From positions 1-61,662 of IMG/VR virus record IMGVR_UViG_3300016484_000327: 61,662 bases of DNA; one strand, given 5' to 3'. Origin of the DNA: a virus. Its lineage: Duplodnaviria > Caudoviricetes. The translations under genes were made by a program, and so were the position numbers. Shown piece after piece: positions 35,079 to 46,763 of the stretch (the stretch's first letter is position 1; each line of letters begins with the position of its first letter). The notes beneath the pieces were generated by a model. That model ran no database searches, had not been told where the DNA came from, and saw only the letters and a program-made list of their open reading frames with translations.

Positions 35079-38000
35079 TTAGTCTAGTCTAGCTTTTAGT
35101 TCATCAATCTGCTTCTGCTGCTCTTTAATAGCTTCAATTAGCACACCGACAATATTTCCGTAGGATACGTTATACATACCTGAATTATCTTGAGCTACCA
35201 CTTCTGGAATCACCTCAAGTATCTCTTGTGCTATCACTCCCACCTTTCTACGTTTATCATCTGAGTCGGTGCGGTTATAGTATACACCTCTGAGGTTCAG
35301 CACTTTATCTAGAGCATCTTCTACTGTCTCAACATTTTCTTTAACACGAGCATCAGAGTATGCTGTTACGTCTCCCGCAACTGTCATATTACCTGACATA
35401 TCAAGTTGCCATCTATTTGCTGCAGCACTCCATCCTCCAATTCTAAGAACACTGTCTGCATCAAGTCCCATATTTACAGCATACTGACCACCTTTATGGA
35501 ATGAGAAAAACGCTGAGTTATTACTGTCAGAATATGCTTGAAGTGGAGGATTAGATAAACTACCACAATATCCTCCTAAATTACTTCGAAAATAATTAAT
35601 ACCAGTCCATGTATAAGTTCCTCCTGTAGCATTACTTACACTGTTTGTATTACCAGAGTTTGAAGCAAAACTTGCTGTACCTGCTGTTGTTGCATAGTTA
35701 ACGTTCTGGGAACCAATATTACCAGAGGTGATCATCTCTACCCATCCTGATGTAGTGCTACCCCATTTACCTCTTAACCAATATCTATTTGCAGTGGCAT
35801 CAGCAGCACCAACCATCATCCATCCATAAGCCGCACTACCATCTGAGTTAGCATAGTGTTGTCCAGATACAATACCTTGAGCGTGAATGTATCCACTACC
35901 TTGAGGGTGAGCTGTTCCTGTTCCCCATATATCCCATCCACTAAATCCTCCTCTCCAAGCATTATCCCAGTTTCCATAACTAGTCCCCCAACCATTTGTA
36001 CCTGTCCAATAATTCTGATCACTAGTTTCAGCCTGTCTATTATGCCACCAACGAGGTTCGCCCCAACGTGCTCTCGTACCAGTTGTTATACTATTAAGTT
36101 CAGAAGTACCATTAGGATCTAAAAAGTAAGAACTATCGTTAGAGTCAGAAAATCTTACACCGTATATATAACCATCAGAACCAAAATACTTACTACTTAT
36201 CCATGTATCTTCTTGTAAAACTCTACTATGATTTCCACCATAAGTATTTCTTCCTGAATATAAAGCTCCCCCAGACCAAAATATTTGCCAACCATATGAA
36301 TTATTATGAAAACCTGACTCATTTGAGGCATTAGAAAGCATCACTACTACAGAACCATTACTTCCATTACCGAACTCTATTCCTCCCCATCCATTACGTG
36401 AACCAGTTATAATCCATGATCCATAAGTTCCGTTATTAGGATAAAAGTGAGCACTATTTTGAGCAGAATAAAGACCATGGAATCCAGGTAAATGAACCCA
36501 AGTATTAAATTGACCGTAGTTGCTACCACCTTGTTGAAGTTCAAAACCGTTTGCTAAACGTAATGTTGTAAATACAGATGTAGGAGAGTTAGCTGTAAAG
36601 TTTAAATAGGACCCATCCCAATACATTCCCCTTCTACCATTCCAATCATTGTTTGACGGTAATGACCAAAATCCATTATTTTCACCAGCAACATAAGCAC
36701 CATCTATCAACATACCCATCTGACCAGCGTTTGGTAAGCCATTACCAAATACTATCTCACCACCACTAACAGCATATCCACCCCATCTTGAACCAGGCAT
36801 ATTTACGCCATACCAACCACCACCAATAGGAAGAGTGTAATTCGTGTAGTTAGCTGCTGTTAATACTAAATTACCATTAGCATATAAATCATTAACATTA
36901 AAATAAAAACTACCTCTATCGGTATATATATGAGCATAAGATCCATTTGCAGGACCTAGTTGAATATATCCTGTACTATTACTAAATCTTACCCCCCAAT
37001 CACTATTACCAGACAATGTAGCTCCAGTAGTAGATGTACCAAATGTTATGGAGTTCATTACGGAAGTACTAGCAAAGTTTCCGTAGTATGCTGTATTGTC
37101 AGAGTCGTAGAATATAGGAGCACGCATATCTGTATTAGAGTAGATAGTTCCTCTAACATCAAGTGTATAAGCAGGGTTACCAGCTCCCCAGTTACCCCAA
37201 TCACCTCCAATACCAACAGCATTATCAATAATACGCATGATGGTATTTCCATTGTATCCTGATATACCATTATGTGGGTTAAAGTCTGTGTTTCCATATC
37301 CAGAACTAGAAAAACCAAAGTCCATGAATGTACCTTGTCCATTACAACCAATAACCCACTGACGATTACTTAGACCATTAAATGCAAATTGAATTGTTGG
37401 ACCATGTTGAGTATTGCTTGTTTCAGTATGATTTAAAGTTAAAACAGGATAAGCACCTGTCATGTATATTGTAGGACGAATATTGGTGTCTTGTAAAGTG
37501 TAAGGAGTAGATGATCCACCTACAATTAATCTATTACCAAAATTACCTCCTGTTCCACCTTGCACATATATATCTCTAGCAAATGAAGCGGCATAGTTAG
37601 ATCCATTATAACCAATCCAACTAAAGACGTTATTACCAGTAGTATCGTTATGAAATCTTACATAAGAATCACCATTATTACCATTACTGTCAAGTCTAAG
37701 ATTTATGTCATTAAATGAGTTAATAGACATACTATCAGAAAAACTCCCATTAACATCAGTAGAAGATATGCCATGATTAGAATATGTATTATAACTTCCA
37801 TCCCAATCAAAAGACATGTAAGCAATCCTGTGTAAAGAACTTGACCATGTACCATATCTCTGCCAATAGCTATATCCATTTTCCAATTGAAACTGCCCAC
37901 CAGTTCTTACATCGGCAGACATATAAACGTTTTTCCCATTGTATGACCTTATCCAGGTACTATCGTTCATGTGCCATCCACCACCATAAGTTTCAAAATA

Positions 38001-39905
38001 TAATCCTGAAGTTCCAGATACTCTCACCCATCCACCATCTGCATAAATATCACCTCTTGCATGTATAAGATAGGAAGCAGAACTTGTGTTACCAAAGTTC
38101 CAGTAACCACTGCTGTTTACAAATGCAGATGCAGCACTACTATTACCTCTACCAAAATATAATTCTGAACCATCATACCAGTTAATATAAGTACCATATC
38201 CACTAGCAGCATCAATATGTAAATTTCCATTTGTTGTTGAAACAGAAGCAACGTCAGTATTATCTATATATCCCTGTCTACCATCCCCACCAACTAATAA
38301 GTACTTACCCCATGTAGGATTTGGTCCATGTAATGCTCCTCCTCTTACTCTTATGGCTGATTGTGATGTTGAATGAAAGTCTGCATAATAGGTGGTATCC
38401 TGAGAATCATAAAATATAGGAGCACGGAAAGAGCCACTTGCTATAGGATCTCCAGTAAAATTTATTGATCCATCTGTAGCAAAACTTGCTCTTGTAGTTG
38501 AAGATGTACCCGTCATAATACGTACACCTTTACTAGCTGTAGTTCTTTGAGCAAGTGTTAACCATCCTGCATCTGCTACAAGTGTTATACCTTCTGCAGT
38601 GTAAACATCGTTATCAGATGTACCTCTTATTAATAAATAACCTGCATCTTCTGCTGTTCCAGCTGATGTACTTTTTGAGAAATAAAATCCTGCATATCCA
38701 TTTGAAGATGGTTGAAATCCTAAACTATAATTAGTTCTTGTACCTGAAGAAATACCCGTCCAAGGTACTGAACTTGCACTTGAAGCAGATCCTGCTGATC
38801 CAGTAATATTGATGCTCCATGTTCCTGATGCTCCTCCTCCAGTAAGGGTTGGAGAATAGGAATTATAGTTACCAGCATGTAATACTGTATTACTATTAAC
38901 TGTTAAAGATGTAAAGTTGGTTTGAGAAGTTGTAGCTGAGTTACCAGCACTATCTGCATAACCAGCATTTATTTTGTACCATGACCCCCAACTACCTCCT
39001 TCACGTGTCCTAGTTGATAAATATCTATCAGAACCGTTATCTCTAGGAATAGCTAATTGTAAAGCATATGATGCATATGCATACTCATTACCAAGCCCTA
39101 ATGTAAATCCATAAAATTGAGTTGATCCTGTTCCTGGACCATTAGTAGTACCCTGAACATAATAAACACCAAAATTAGGAATATTATTAAAGTTAGTATA
39201 TGTACTATGGTTATTACCCATGTTATTGAATATCTGATTAACAGATATTCCACCTACAGTACTTGAATTAGTTGCAGAACCTGTAATAGAAATCCCCCAA
39301 GTTCCGCTTGCACCCCCACCTGTGAGTGTAGGACTGTATGAGTTATAGTTAGAAGTAGTAATAATACCTGTAATAGCTCCTGTATTACCATTCACTGACG
39401 TAACACCAGCATTATTAATTGTCACCGCCCCTGTAGCTCCAGAAATAGTAATTGCTGTTCCTGCTACAATAGATGTAACACCCGTATTTGTAATTGTAAC
39501 TGCACCTGTTGCACCAGATACAGAAATACCTGTACCTGCTACATTAGAAGTTACACCTGTATTAGAAACGACTACCGCTCCTGTTGTAGGAGATACAGAA
39601 ATACCAGATCCTGAACCCGTTACAGAAGATACACCAGCAGATATAGTCCAAGTTCTATCAACTGACAAATCTTGTGTTACACCATTAATAGTAATATTAC
39701 GGGTATTGGGTACAGGTGTATATCCCAACGCAGTGGTCACCATACCAGAGGTGATACCTGTGATGTATGCACTACTATCTACAGATCCATCTGCTTTTAA
39801 GAATTGAGAAGATGTACCTCCACTTCTAACAAACGAACCCGCGGTGATGGAGTTTCCAACCGTTGCTAGGTTTAATACTGCTAGTTGATCTATTCTAAAT
39901 GACAT
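35079..39905 (-). CDS. Long tail fibre with C-terminal intramolecular chaperone (Peptidase S74) domain (1608 aa)
   Basis: SDARVKENV...GVIAQE...YG...LIEAIKEQQKQI C-terminus; Gly/Ser/Thr/Asn-rich; RAPIFYDS repeats. Confidence 0.85.
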   Translation of the reverse strand: MSFRIDQLAVLNLATVGNSITAGSFVRSGGTSSQFLKADGSVDSSAYITGITSGMVTTALGYTPVPNTRNITINGVTQDLSVDRTWTISAGVSSVTGSGSGISVSPTTGAVVVSNTGVTSNVAGTGISVSGATGAVTITNTGVTSIVAGTAITISGATGAVTINNAGVTSVNGNTGAITGIITTSNYNSYSPTLTGGGASGTWGISITGSATNSSTVGGISVNQIFNNMGNNHSTYTNFNNIPNFGVYYVQGTTNGPGTGSTQFYGFTLGLGNEYAYASYALQLAIPRDNGSDRYLSTRTREGGSWGSWYKINAGYADSAGNSATTSQTNFTSLTVNSNTVLHAGNYNSYSPTLTGGGASGTWSINITGSAGSASSASSVPWTGISSGTRTNYSLGFQPSSNGYAGFYFSKSTSAGTAEDAGYLLIRGTSDNDVYTAEGITLVADAGWLTLAQRTTASKGVRIMTGTSSTTRASFATDGSINFTGDPIASGSFRAPIFYDSQDTTYYADFHSTSQSAIRVRGGALHGPNPTWGKYLLVGGDGRQGYIDNTDVASVSTTNGNLHIDAASGYGTYINWYDGSELYFGRGNSSAASAFVNSSGYWNFGNTSSASYLIHARGDIYADGGWVRVSGTSGLYFETYGGGWHMNDSTWIRSYNGKNVYMSADVRTGGQFQLENGYSYWQRYGTWSSSLHRIAYMSFDWDGSYNTYSNHGISSTDVNGSFSDSMSINSFNDINLRLDSNGNNGDSYVRFHNDTTGNNVFSWIGYNGSNYAASFARDIYVQGGTGGNFGNRLIVGGSSTPYTLQDTNIRPTIYMTGAYPVLTLNHTETSNTQHGPTIQFAFNGLSNRQWVIGCNGQGTFMDFGFSSSGYGNTDFNPHNGISGYNGNTIMRIIDNAVGIGGDWGNWGAGNPAYTLDVRGTIYSNTDMRAPIFYDSDNTAYYGNFASTSVMNSITFGTSTTGATLSGNSDWGVRFSNSTGYIQLGPANGSYAHIYTDRGSFYFNVNDLYANGNLVLTAANYTNYTLPIGGGWYGVNMPGSRWGGYAVSGGEIVFGNGLPNAGQMGMLIDGAYVAGENNGFWSLPSNNDWNGRRGMYWDGSYLNFTANSPTSVFTTLRLANGFELQQGGSNYGQFNTWVHLPGFHGLYSAQNSAHFYPNNGTYGSWIITGSRNGWGGIEFGNGSNGSVVVMLSNASNESGFHNNSYGWQIFWSGGALYSGRNTYGGNHSRVLQEDTWISSKYFGSDGYIYGVRFSDSNDSSYFLDPNGTSELNSITTGTRARWGEPRWWHNRQAETSDQNYWTGTNGWGTSYGNWDNAWRGGFSGWDIWGTGTAHPQGSGYIHAQGIVSGQHYANSDGSAAYGWMMVGAADATANRYWLRGKWGSTTSGWVEMITSGNIGSQNVNYATTAGTASFASNSGNTNSVSNATGGTYTWTGINYFRSNLGGYCGSLSNPPLQAYSDSNNSAFFSFHKGGQYAVNMGLDADSVLRIGGWSAAANRWQLDMSGNMTVAGDVTAYSDARVKENVETVEDALDKVLNLRGVYYNRTDSDDKRRKVGVIAQEILEVIPEVVAQDNSGMYNVSYGNIVGVLIEAIKEQQKQIDELKARLD

Positions 39906-39908
39906 ATA

Positions 39909-42900
39909 TTACAGTAGACGTTTAAATGTGAATGTGTAAGTAGATGCTCCCGAATTATTACCATTACCTTTTATCTGAAGATAACTTCCTGCACCAGATG
40001 GTGTTGTTCTGGTACGAAGATATATATATCTATCATTATCGGCATGACCCATGTGGTGTAAAGCAATTTCATTAACATTGGTATTATTAGTAGATGATGC
40101 ATACCAGTACATCATACCCGTATATGTAACTGTATATTGCCCCCCACTAACCCCAAAGTCATTAACATAACATGTTACTACATAAACACCATTATTTGTT
40201 AAATTAGAATTACTAACTCCTGTATCTTGCCAGCTAGTAGAAAGTGTTAAGCTAGCGTTATATGTAAAGTCTGCACTAGTAGCTGTAAGATAGTCTGTAC
40301 CTGCAATCGCTGCTACTAATACACCACTACTATTAACCTTAAGCATTGAGGAGGTTACAGATGTTTGCTGTATAGCTCCAGATACTTGCAACTTAGCTAG
40401 TCCTGAATCTGTTGTACTTCCAATAACAAAGTTACCTGTCCCACTACCTGACAACTGAAAAGAATAAAATGTACTAGTATAAATATTAGTTCTACCTGTC
40501 TCTTGCCATATAGCAAACACTCCACCACTACCATTACCAATCGCTAAATGATTTCCACTATAACCAGTAGAACCCATCGATCCAATCTGTAAGTTATTAG
40601 CAGGGTTATTAGTACTTACACCAAAGTTACCAGCATTTATCCAGCTGTTTCCACTACCAGCAAATCTCGCAAACTCTGTTTGAGAACTAGTATGTTGAAG
40701 ATGAAGTGTACCTGTACTACCACTATCATTATTAATCCAAAGATAAAAATCTTCCCAAGCTGTTCTTACAACAGTATTAGATCCACCAAATGTAATATGA
40801 TCTGAATTTGCAGTCCATATATTTAATCTAGACTGGAAAGTTGTTGATGTAGGCGTTGTAGCATCAGCACCCCAGTTATTTCTATAAGCTCCATCAATTG
40901 TAATAGCTTTACCACCAGCTACACCAATTACATCTGAAGTGTAATATCCTGTAGATGATGTTGTTCCATAAAGAACGTTATTACCATTATCAAAAATCTG
41001 ACTATTTCCAATAGTGCTAGACCCAGTCCATTTGGTAATATAATTAGTTGTACCAGTACCCGTAGTTGGATTAGATAGTGTAGATACACTACCATCAGCC
41101 ATTAAGTATTGAGTGGATGTTCCACCAGTTTTTACAAAAGAAGTACCTCTTATTGAACCATTTACATCTAATTTATATCCTGCATCTGTCGTTGTTCCAA
41201 TAAGTACAGTGCCATTAAAATGGTTTCTATCAGATGAACCAGCTTGATATACACCCCAGCGATTTGTAATTGCTACCCATGTATTATACTCAGTACTATC
41301 ATTAAGAAGTAATCCGTAATAATTTGTAATTGTAGGAGTATTAGTTCCTACATAATATGGAGCCAACGCATGAAATGATGCGACATGAGAAACTGAACCA
41401 CCAGTTTGCGCTGTTGAAAATGCTATACTTCCTGAAACAGCAGAATATGCTCTAAATCCTGTAGCTTGTGTCATTGTTACAGACACACTAGATACATTAA
41501 ATCTTAATGTAGCAATACTACTAACTCCACCTACACCTACACTATTAGGAATAGTTACAGAACCATTAAAAATATTTTCATGTGCTCCAGTTAATGCTGT
41601 ATATGCAAGACCAGAATAATAACCTGCTCCACCTGCTGTAGTTGTGGTAAGAGCACTTACAACACCTACTCTTTGTAAAGCATTAACCTGTGTATAAGCT
41701 TGCTGAACTGAAACACCACCAACAACTCTAAGTTTTTCTGTATACTCAGGACCTGTAGCATTTACACAAACTACAGAACCATCATCATATAATATACCTG
41801 TTCCAATTGCACTTGTACTAGTCCATCTTGCAACGTAGTTTAATGTACCAGTTCCTGTCACTGTATTAGCAGGAGCAGGAGCTGTATTAGTAACTGTAAT
41901 ACCACCTGTAGATGCTGAAACAGAAATTCCTGTACCAGCAGTTAGCGATGTTACACCAGTGTTAGTAATAGTCAGAGTACCAGATCCTGTAATCGGAGAA
42001 CCAGATACACTAATTCCAGTACCTGCTGTAGCTGAAACTGATGTTACTGTACCTACGCTCCAGCTTCTATCAGCTGATAAATCATAGGCAGTTCCATTAA
42101 TAGTAAGGGTACGAGACGTTGGTACGCCACCCAATCCACTAAGTGTATAGTTAGGAATGTTTAATGTAGCTCCTACAAATGTAGCAGCTCCACTAGACCC
42201 TGTAGTAGTTAATGTAATTGCGTTCTGCTTACTGTTAAACGTATTCCAATCTGTAGAAGATAAGAATCCACTAGCAGAACCTGATGCTTGCGTTATACCT
42301 ACAGTTCCAGATCCAGTAATAGTACCCCCAGTAAGAGGACCGCTAAATGTAATAGAAGTGATAGTACCTACAGACCATGTGCGGTTAGCAGATAAGTCAA
42401 AACTTGTACCATTAATAGTTAATGTTGTACTAGTTGGTACACCACCGAGTCCTGATAATGTATAACTAGGAATATTTAAAGTTGCTCCTACCAGTGTTGC
42501 TGAACCTGATGATCCAGTGGTAGTGAGAGTAATAGCATTTTGCTTATTATTAAATGTATTCCAATCTGTAGAACTAAGAAAACCGCTTGTAGTAGTATTA
42601 GCTTGTGATATATTTATAATTGGAGTTACAGTTGCACTACCAGATATAAATAAAGGACCTGATGCAGCTACCGAAGTCACTGTACCGACAGACCATGAAC
42701 GATCTGCTGATAAATCAAGCGCTGTACCATTTATTGTTAACGTTCTTGATGACGGAACACCACCTAATCCAGTTAATGTATATTGAGGTATGTTTAATAC
42801 ACCTGTTACATTACTGTATGTAGCTGCTCCGGAAGATCCGGTTGTCGTTAAACTAATTGCTTGACGAGCTCTAGCATTAGTATAATAGAGATTTGTACCT

Positions 42901-45527
42901 TCAGAAATATTAGTGGTAGTAAGAACAACAGCACCAGTTTGACCGTTTACAGATGTTACAGCATCAGTGTTATCCACCTTCTGCCACACTGTACCATCAA
43001 ACAAAATCCAGTCTCCAACTTGCCATCCAGTATTACCATCAATTGTAGTGTTACCAGCTACATTTACTATATAGAAATATCCAAGTGATCCTACACCTGA
43101 TGTAATTGTTGGAGTGTTAGTGTTTGCATTCCATGTACCTTGGAATTGTAGACCCCCAGAAAGTGCATTTATCTGACCCTGCACCTTACCAAAAGCTTGT
43201 AGAATACTATCTGTAGAAGCAATTGCTCCACTAGTTACAGAAAGTCCTGTCAACACCTTACCTATTACAGCAGAGTTAGTAAGTGTTACAGAAGCTGATC
43301 CAGGACCAGATGCTGTAGCTTCACCAGTAAGAGCAGTAATATAGTTACCCTGCGCTTGATACTGAGGTATATTTAATACATTAGAAACCAGTGTAGCTGG
43401 TCCTGAAGTACCCGTAGTAGTCAGGGATGTAATTCGATTGTTATATGCTGTATCCCAGTTAGTCTGAGAAGCATTTGTTGGAAGTGAATATCCAGAAGCA
43501 AAACTTAAAGCAATTGTACCTGAACTAGTTACAGGAGAGTTAGCAACACTAAACCCTGTAGGTGCTGTTAAACCAACAGATGTAACAGTTCCAACGTTCC
43601 AAGTTCTATTTGCTGATAAATTAAAAGATGTACCGTTAATTGTAAGCGTGGTAGATGTTGGAGTGTATGTAGTTGTATCAATTACAAGTAGACCATTACC
43701 ACCTGATGTTTTAACAAATCCATTAGTAGTATACCCCATTAACTCAATAGTAAGATCACTATTTAAAGTCATGGTATAGTTACCACCATTCACCTCAAAC
43801 TTAATTTCCCCACCTACGTTATAGTTAGCAAGTGTAACACGGTTGTCAGGAAGATCATAGTATAAAACCCCACTACCTGCTCCCATATTAGCTAAATAAA
43901 GAGAAGGAACGGTGGGAGGACTAGCAAATGTTTTTGCACCCCCGATAGTCTGTGTACCAGGTGTAATAAATCCTCTATTAACCTGATCTGCATCTGGGAT
44001 ATTAAATGTATGTACAGTACCTGCACTTACAATATTGAAGTCAGTACCTGTTGTTCCTACAGCAAACGTCTGATCGTTAGAAAGAGCTAATCCATTAATC
44101 GTACGTGTATTAGGAACACCTCCTAACCCTGAAATAGTATATGTGGGAATATTAAGAGTATTCCCAACTAATGTAGAAGATCCGCTTGATCCACTAGTAG
44201 TTAGAGTAATTTGTCCTTGATAAACAGGAATATTTAAAATTCCAGTTAATGGAGTGTATACAGCAGATCCTGTTGTCCCAGATGTAGTAAGACTAATTGC
44301 ATTACGCGCGCGAGTGTCCGTGTAATACAAGTTAGTTCCTTCAGCAAGATTTGTAGTTGTAAATGGTTGCAACGTAACCGTTGCTGTTAATGTACCTAAA
44401 TCTTGTTGGGTGAGTGTCAATACTCCACTGCTTGTATTATAACTAAAAGCAGTGATCATATTGTTATAGGCATCCGTCCATGTAGCCTGAGTTGCATTAC
44501 TGGGTAAAGAATACCCTGATGCAAATGCTAATGCTAAAGTTCCAGAAGTTGTTACAGGATTACCGCTTATCGCAAATCCTGTTGGAACACTCATATCTAC
44601 CGAGGTTACTGTTCCAACATTCCAGGTTCTATTAGCAGAAAGATCATAACCAGTTCCATTGATTGTCAGAGTTCTACTAATAGGAACATATCCAGATAGA
44701 GCAAGACTATAATCAGGAATATTTAATGTATTTCCTACAAACGTTGAAGCACCTCCGCTACCAACAGTTGTTAAACTAATCTGTCCTTGGTAAACTGGAA
44801 TATTAAATACACCTGTTAATGGTGTATACGTAGAAGCACCAGTTGTTCCTGTAGTTGTTAAACTTACTGAATTTCTAGCTCTAGTGTCTGTATAATATAG
44901 ATTAGCACCTTCTGCAAGATTAGTTGTAGTAAAAGGTTGTAATGTTATAGTTGTACCAAGTGTGCCAAAATCCTGCTGTGTTAATGTAATATCTCCTGTA
45001 GAAGTGTTATAGGAGATTGCAGCGACCATGTTATTATATGCACTGTTCCAGTTAGCTTGTGCAGCTGTTGTAGGAATACTATAACCAACAGTAAGAGACA
45101 CCGCTAATGTACCCGATCCCGTAATCGGATTACCACTGATGCTAAGACCAGTTGGTACAGACATATCTACACTAGTAACAGTACCCACGGACCAAGAACG
45201 ATTCGCAGATAAGTCTTGAGTGTTTCCATTAATAGTTATAGTTCTAGTTAAAGGAACACCTCCAAGTCCAGCTAATGTATAAGTAGGAATGTTTAGTCCA
45301 TTTCCTATTAGAGTGGAAGGACCACTATTTCCTATTACAGTGAGAGTTAGAGCACCTTGAGCACCAATATCAGAAAGCACTTCTGCTCCTGTACGGTACT
45401 TAACTACTAATCCATCCTGTACTAGGAATTTGTCTGTATCGACGTTAGCATTAGGGGTCGTATTCAGTGTAACGCTACCATCGACAATTAGACCAGATTT
45501 GGCAAATATGTCGGTTACAAACTTCAT
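39909..45527 (-). CDS. Long repetitive tail fibre (1872 aa)
   Basis: Repeated LTT.G.SG..T.....LNIP.Y, RTLTINGT..DLSA.R.W.VGTVTSV and TTNLAEG.NLYYT units. Confidence 0.8.
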   Translation of the reverse strand: MKFVTDIFAKSGLIVDGSVTLNTTPNANVDTDKFLVQDGLVVKYRTGAEVLSDIGAQGALTLTVIGNSGPSTLIGNGLNIPTYTLAGLGGVPLTRTITINGNTQDLSANRSWSVGTVTSVDMSVPTGLSISGNPITGSGTLAVSLTVGYSIPTTAAQANWNSAYNNMVAAISYNTSTGDITLTQQDFGTLGTTITLQPFTTTNLAEGANLYYTDTRARNSVSLTTTGTTGASTYTPLTGVFNIPVYQGQISLTTVGSGGASTFVGNTLNIPDYSLALSGYVPISRTLTINGTGYDLSANRTWNVGTVTSVDMSVPTGFAISGNPVTTSGTLALAFASGYSLPSNATQATWTDAYNNMITAFSYNTSSGVLTLTQQDLGTLTATVTLQPFTTTNLAEGTNLYYTDTRARNAISLTTSGTTGSAVYTPLTGILNIPVYQGQITLTTSGSSGSSTLVGNTLNIPTYTISGLGGVPNTRTINGLALSNDQTFAVGTTGTDFNIVSAGTVHTFNIPDADQVNRGFITPGTQTIGGAKTFASPPTVPSLYLANMGAGSGVLYYDLPDNRVTLANYNVGGEIKFEVNGGNYTMTLNSDLTIELMGYTTNGFVKTSGGNGLLVIDTTTYTPTSTTLTINGTSFNLSANRTWNVGTVTSVGLTAPTGFSVANSPVTSSGTIALSFASGYSLPTNASQTNWDTAYNNRITSLTTTGTSGPATLVSNVLNIPQYQAQGNYITALTGEATASGPGSASVTLTNSAVIGKVLTGLSVTSGAIASTDSILQAFGKVQGQINALSGGLQFQGTWNANTNTPTITSGVGSLGYFYIVNVAGNTTIDGNTGWQVGDWILFDGTVWQKVDNTDAVTSVNGQTGAVVLTTTNISEGTNLYYTNARARQAISLTTTGSSGAATYSNVTGVLNIPQYTLTGLGGVPSSRTLTINGTALDLSADRSWSVGTVTSVAASGPLFISGSATVTPIINISQANTTTSGFLSSTDWNTFNNKQNAITLTTTGSSGSATLVGATLNIPSYTLSGLGGVPTSTTLTINGTSFDLSANRTWSVGTITSITFSGPLTGGTITGSGTVGITQASGSASGFLSSTDWNTFNSKQNAITLTTTGSSGAATFVGATLNIPNYTLSGLGGVPTSRTLTINGTAYDLSADRSWSVGTVTSVSATAGTGISVSGSPITGSGTLTITNTGVTSLTAGTGISVSASTGGITVTNTAPAPANTVTGTGTLNYVARWTSTSAIGTGILYDDGSVVCVNATGPEYTEKLRVVGGVSVQQAYTQVNALQRVGVVSALTTTTAGGAGYYSGLAYTALTGAHENIFNGSVTIPNSVGVGGVSSIATLRFNVSSVSVTMTQATGFRAYSAVSGSIAFSTAQTGGSVSHVASFHALAPYYVGTNTPTITNYYGLLLNDSTEYNTWVAITNRWGVYQAGSSDRNHFNGTVLIGTTTDAGYKLDVNGSIRGTSFVKTGGTSTQYLMADGSVSTLSNPTTGTGTTNYITKWTGSSTIGNSQIFDNGNNVLYGTTSSTGYYTSDVIGVAGGKAITIDGAYRNNWGADATTPTSTTFQSRLNIWTANSDHITFGGSNTVVRTAWEDFYLWINNDSGSTGTLHLQHTSSQTEFARFAGSGNSWINAGNFGVSTNNPANNLQIGSMGSTGYSGNHLAIGNGSGGVFAIWQETGRTNIYTSTFYSFQLSGSGTGNFVIGSTTDSGLAKLQVSGAIQQTSVTSSMLKVNSSGVLVAAIAGTDYLTATSADFTYNASLTLSTSWQDTGVSNSNLTNNGVYVVTCYVNDFGVSGGQYTVTYTGMMYWYASSTNNTNVNEIALHHMGHADNDRYIYLRTRTTPSGAGSYLQIKGNGNNSGASTYTFTFKRLL

Positions 45528-45529
45528 TA

Positions 45530-46750
45530 TTACTGTTCTTTAACAAGTACACGATAATTTCCTATTAGTGATGCTGCTACTGAAGCATCCCATGCGAACG
45601 TAAGATTTACATCGTTCACTCCTACACGCACAACATCACAGAGAACAGTTTCTCCGGTGGACTCTCTATATACTTCCACCTGTACGTCCAGGTTATTTAA
45701 ATTATGTGTAACTGTATATGTACCAGCTGCGGTAACGTTAATGGTGGCTTTATAACCACCAGCAAATGTTGCTAAATATGTTGCAAGTTTTAAAGGTGTA
45801 ACGATAGTGCTATCGTCAGTTCCTGTATTAACTTCTGTCTGTGTTGCAATCTCAGCTATACCCGTACGAGTTTCTGTTGCTGTACGTCCTGCTAATTTAA
45901 GAGGTGTAACTGCTGTTAAGTCATCTACACCAGCATTTGTAAGAGCTGTTGTTGCAAGTTTAATTACACCAAGTGTAGTTTCTGTAGCTTGATCACGATT
46001 AACTTCTAGCGCAATCCAGTCATTTGGGTTGGTAGTAGAAGCACCGTTTATTTCTGCTATAATTACATCCCCTACATTAAAGGTTAATCCGTATGTCGTA
46101 CCTGCTACAGTGACATACCAGTAGTCACCAGCCATTGTACCACCAGGTGCAGAAGGAAACACTCCACTGGAAGCGTCCCATCCACCCTGTAGAATACCAA
46201 TACCTGCTATTGCGTTATCTACGTATGTTTTAATTGCAAGTGCTGTACCAAGATTAGTGTTAGATGCACCAGTAGAAATATCTGTAAGAACATCAAACTC
46301 TGCTACGTTAGCAGTTGCTCCTGTAAGGTTAGCAAGCACCTTCATCGCACCCACCTGCTGAATCTTAGCATAAGTGACTGCGTTTGCATTAATCTTAATT
46401 GTAGTTACAGCATCGTTTGCTAGCTTTGATGTACTAACACCAAGATCTTTAATTCTAAGATTATCTGTTAAAGCATCAACTTCAATGGTAACATTATCTA
46501 CATTTGCATCAACTGTAACAACATCACCAACAGTTGTTGTAGAAATACCTGCTCCTCCTATTACATCGCGAATATCTCCCGACATATCTATCCAGGATGA
46601 ACCATCCCAGAAGTATACGCGGAAGTCTGTTGTATCATAATAAATCTGACCTGGAACCGGAGAACCAGGTGCTGAAGGTAGGTTTTGCAACGCTACGTTA
46701 AGTATCTGGTTTTTCGTTAGGTCAAGACTGGTTAAGACTTTCTTTGACAT
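45530..46750 (-). CDS. Tail fibre proximal/structural protein (406 aa)
   Basis: ATET..G...AT..E...GTDD...VTPLKL repeats (T4 gp34-like) and C-terminal THNL...V.V domain. Confidence 0.65.
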   Translation of the reverse strand: MSKKVLTSLDLTKNQILNVALQNLPSAPGSPVPGQIYYDTTDFRVYFWDGSSWIDMSGDIRDVIGGAGISTTTVGDVVTVDANVDNVTIEVDALTDNLRIKDLGVSTSKLANDAVTTIKINANAVTYAKIQQVGAMKVLANLTGATANVAEFDVLTDISTGASNTNLGTALAIKTYVDNAIAGIGILQGGWDASSGVFPSAPGGTMAGDYWYVTVAGTTYGLTFNVGDVIIAEINGASTTNPNDWIALEVNRDQATETTLGVIKLATTALTNAGVDDLTAVTPLKLAGRTATETRTGIAEIATQTEVNTGTDDSTIVTPLKLATYLATFAGGYKATINVTAAGTYTVTHNLNNLDVQVEVYRESTGETVLCDVVRVGVNDVNLTFAWDASVAASLIGNYRVLVKEQ

Positions 46751-46763
46751 GACGAATATTTTA

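Noticed and set aside
35079-45527. Diversity-generating retroelement or shufflon acting on tail fibres
   Set aside because: No reverse transcriptase, recombinase or adenine-specific TR/VR pair seen; repeats are in-frame structural cassettes.
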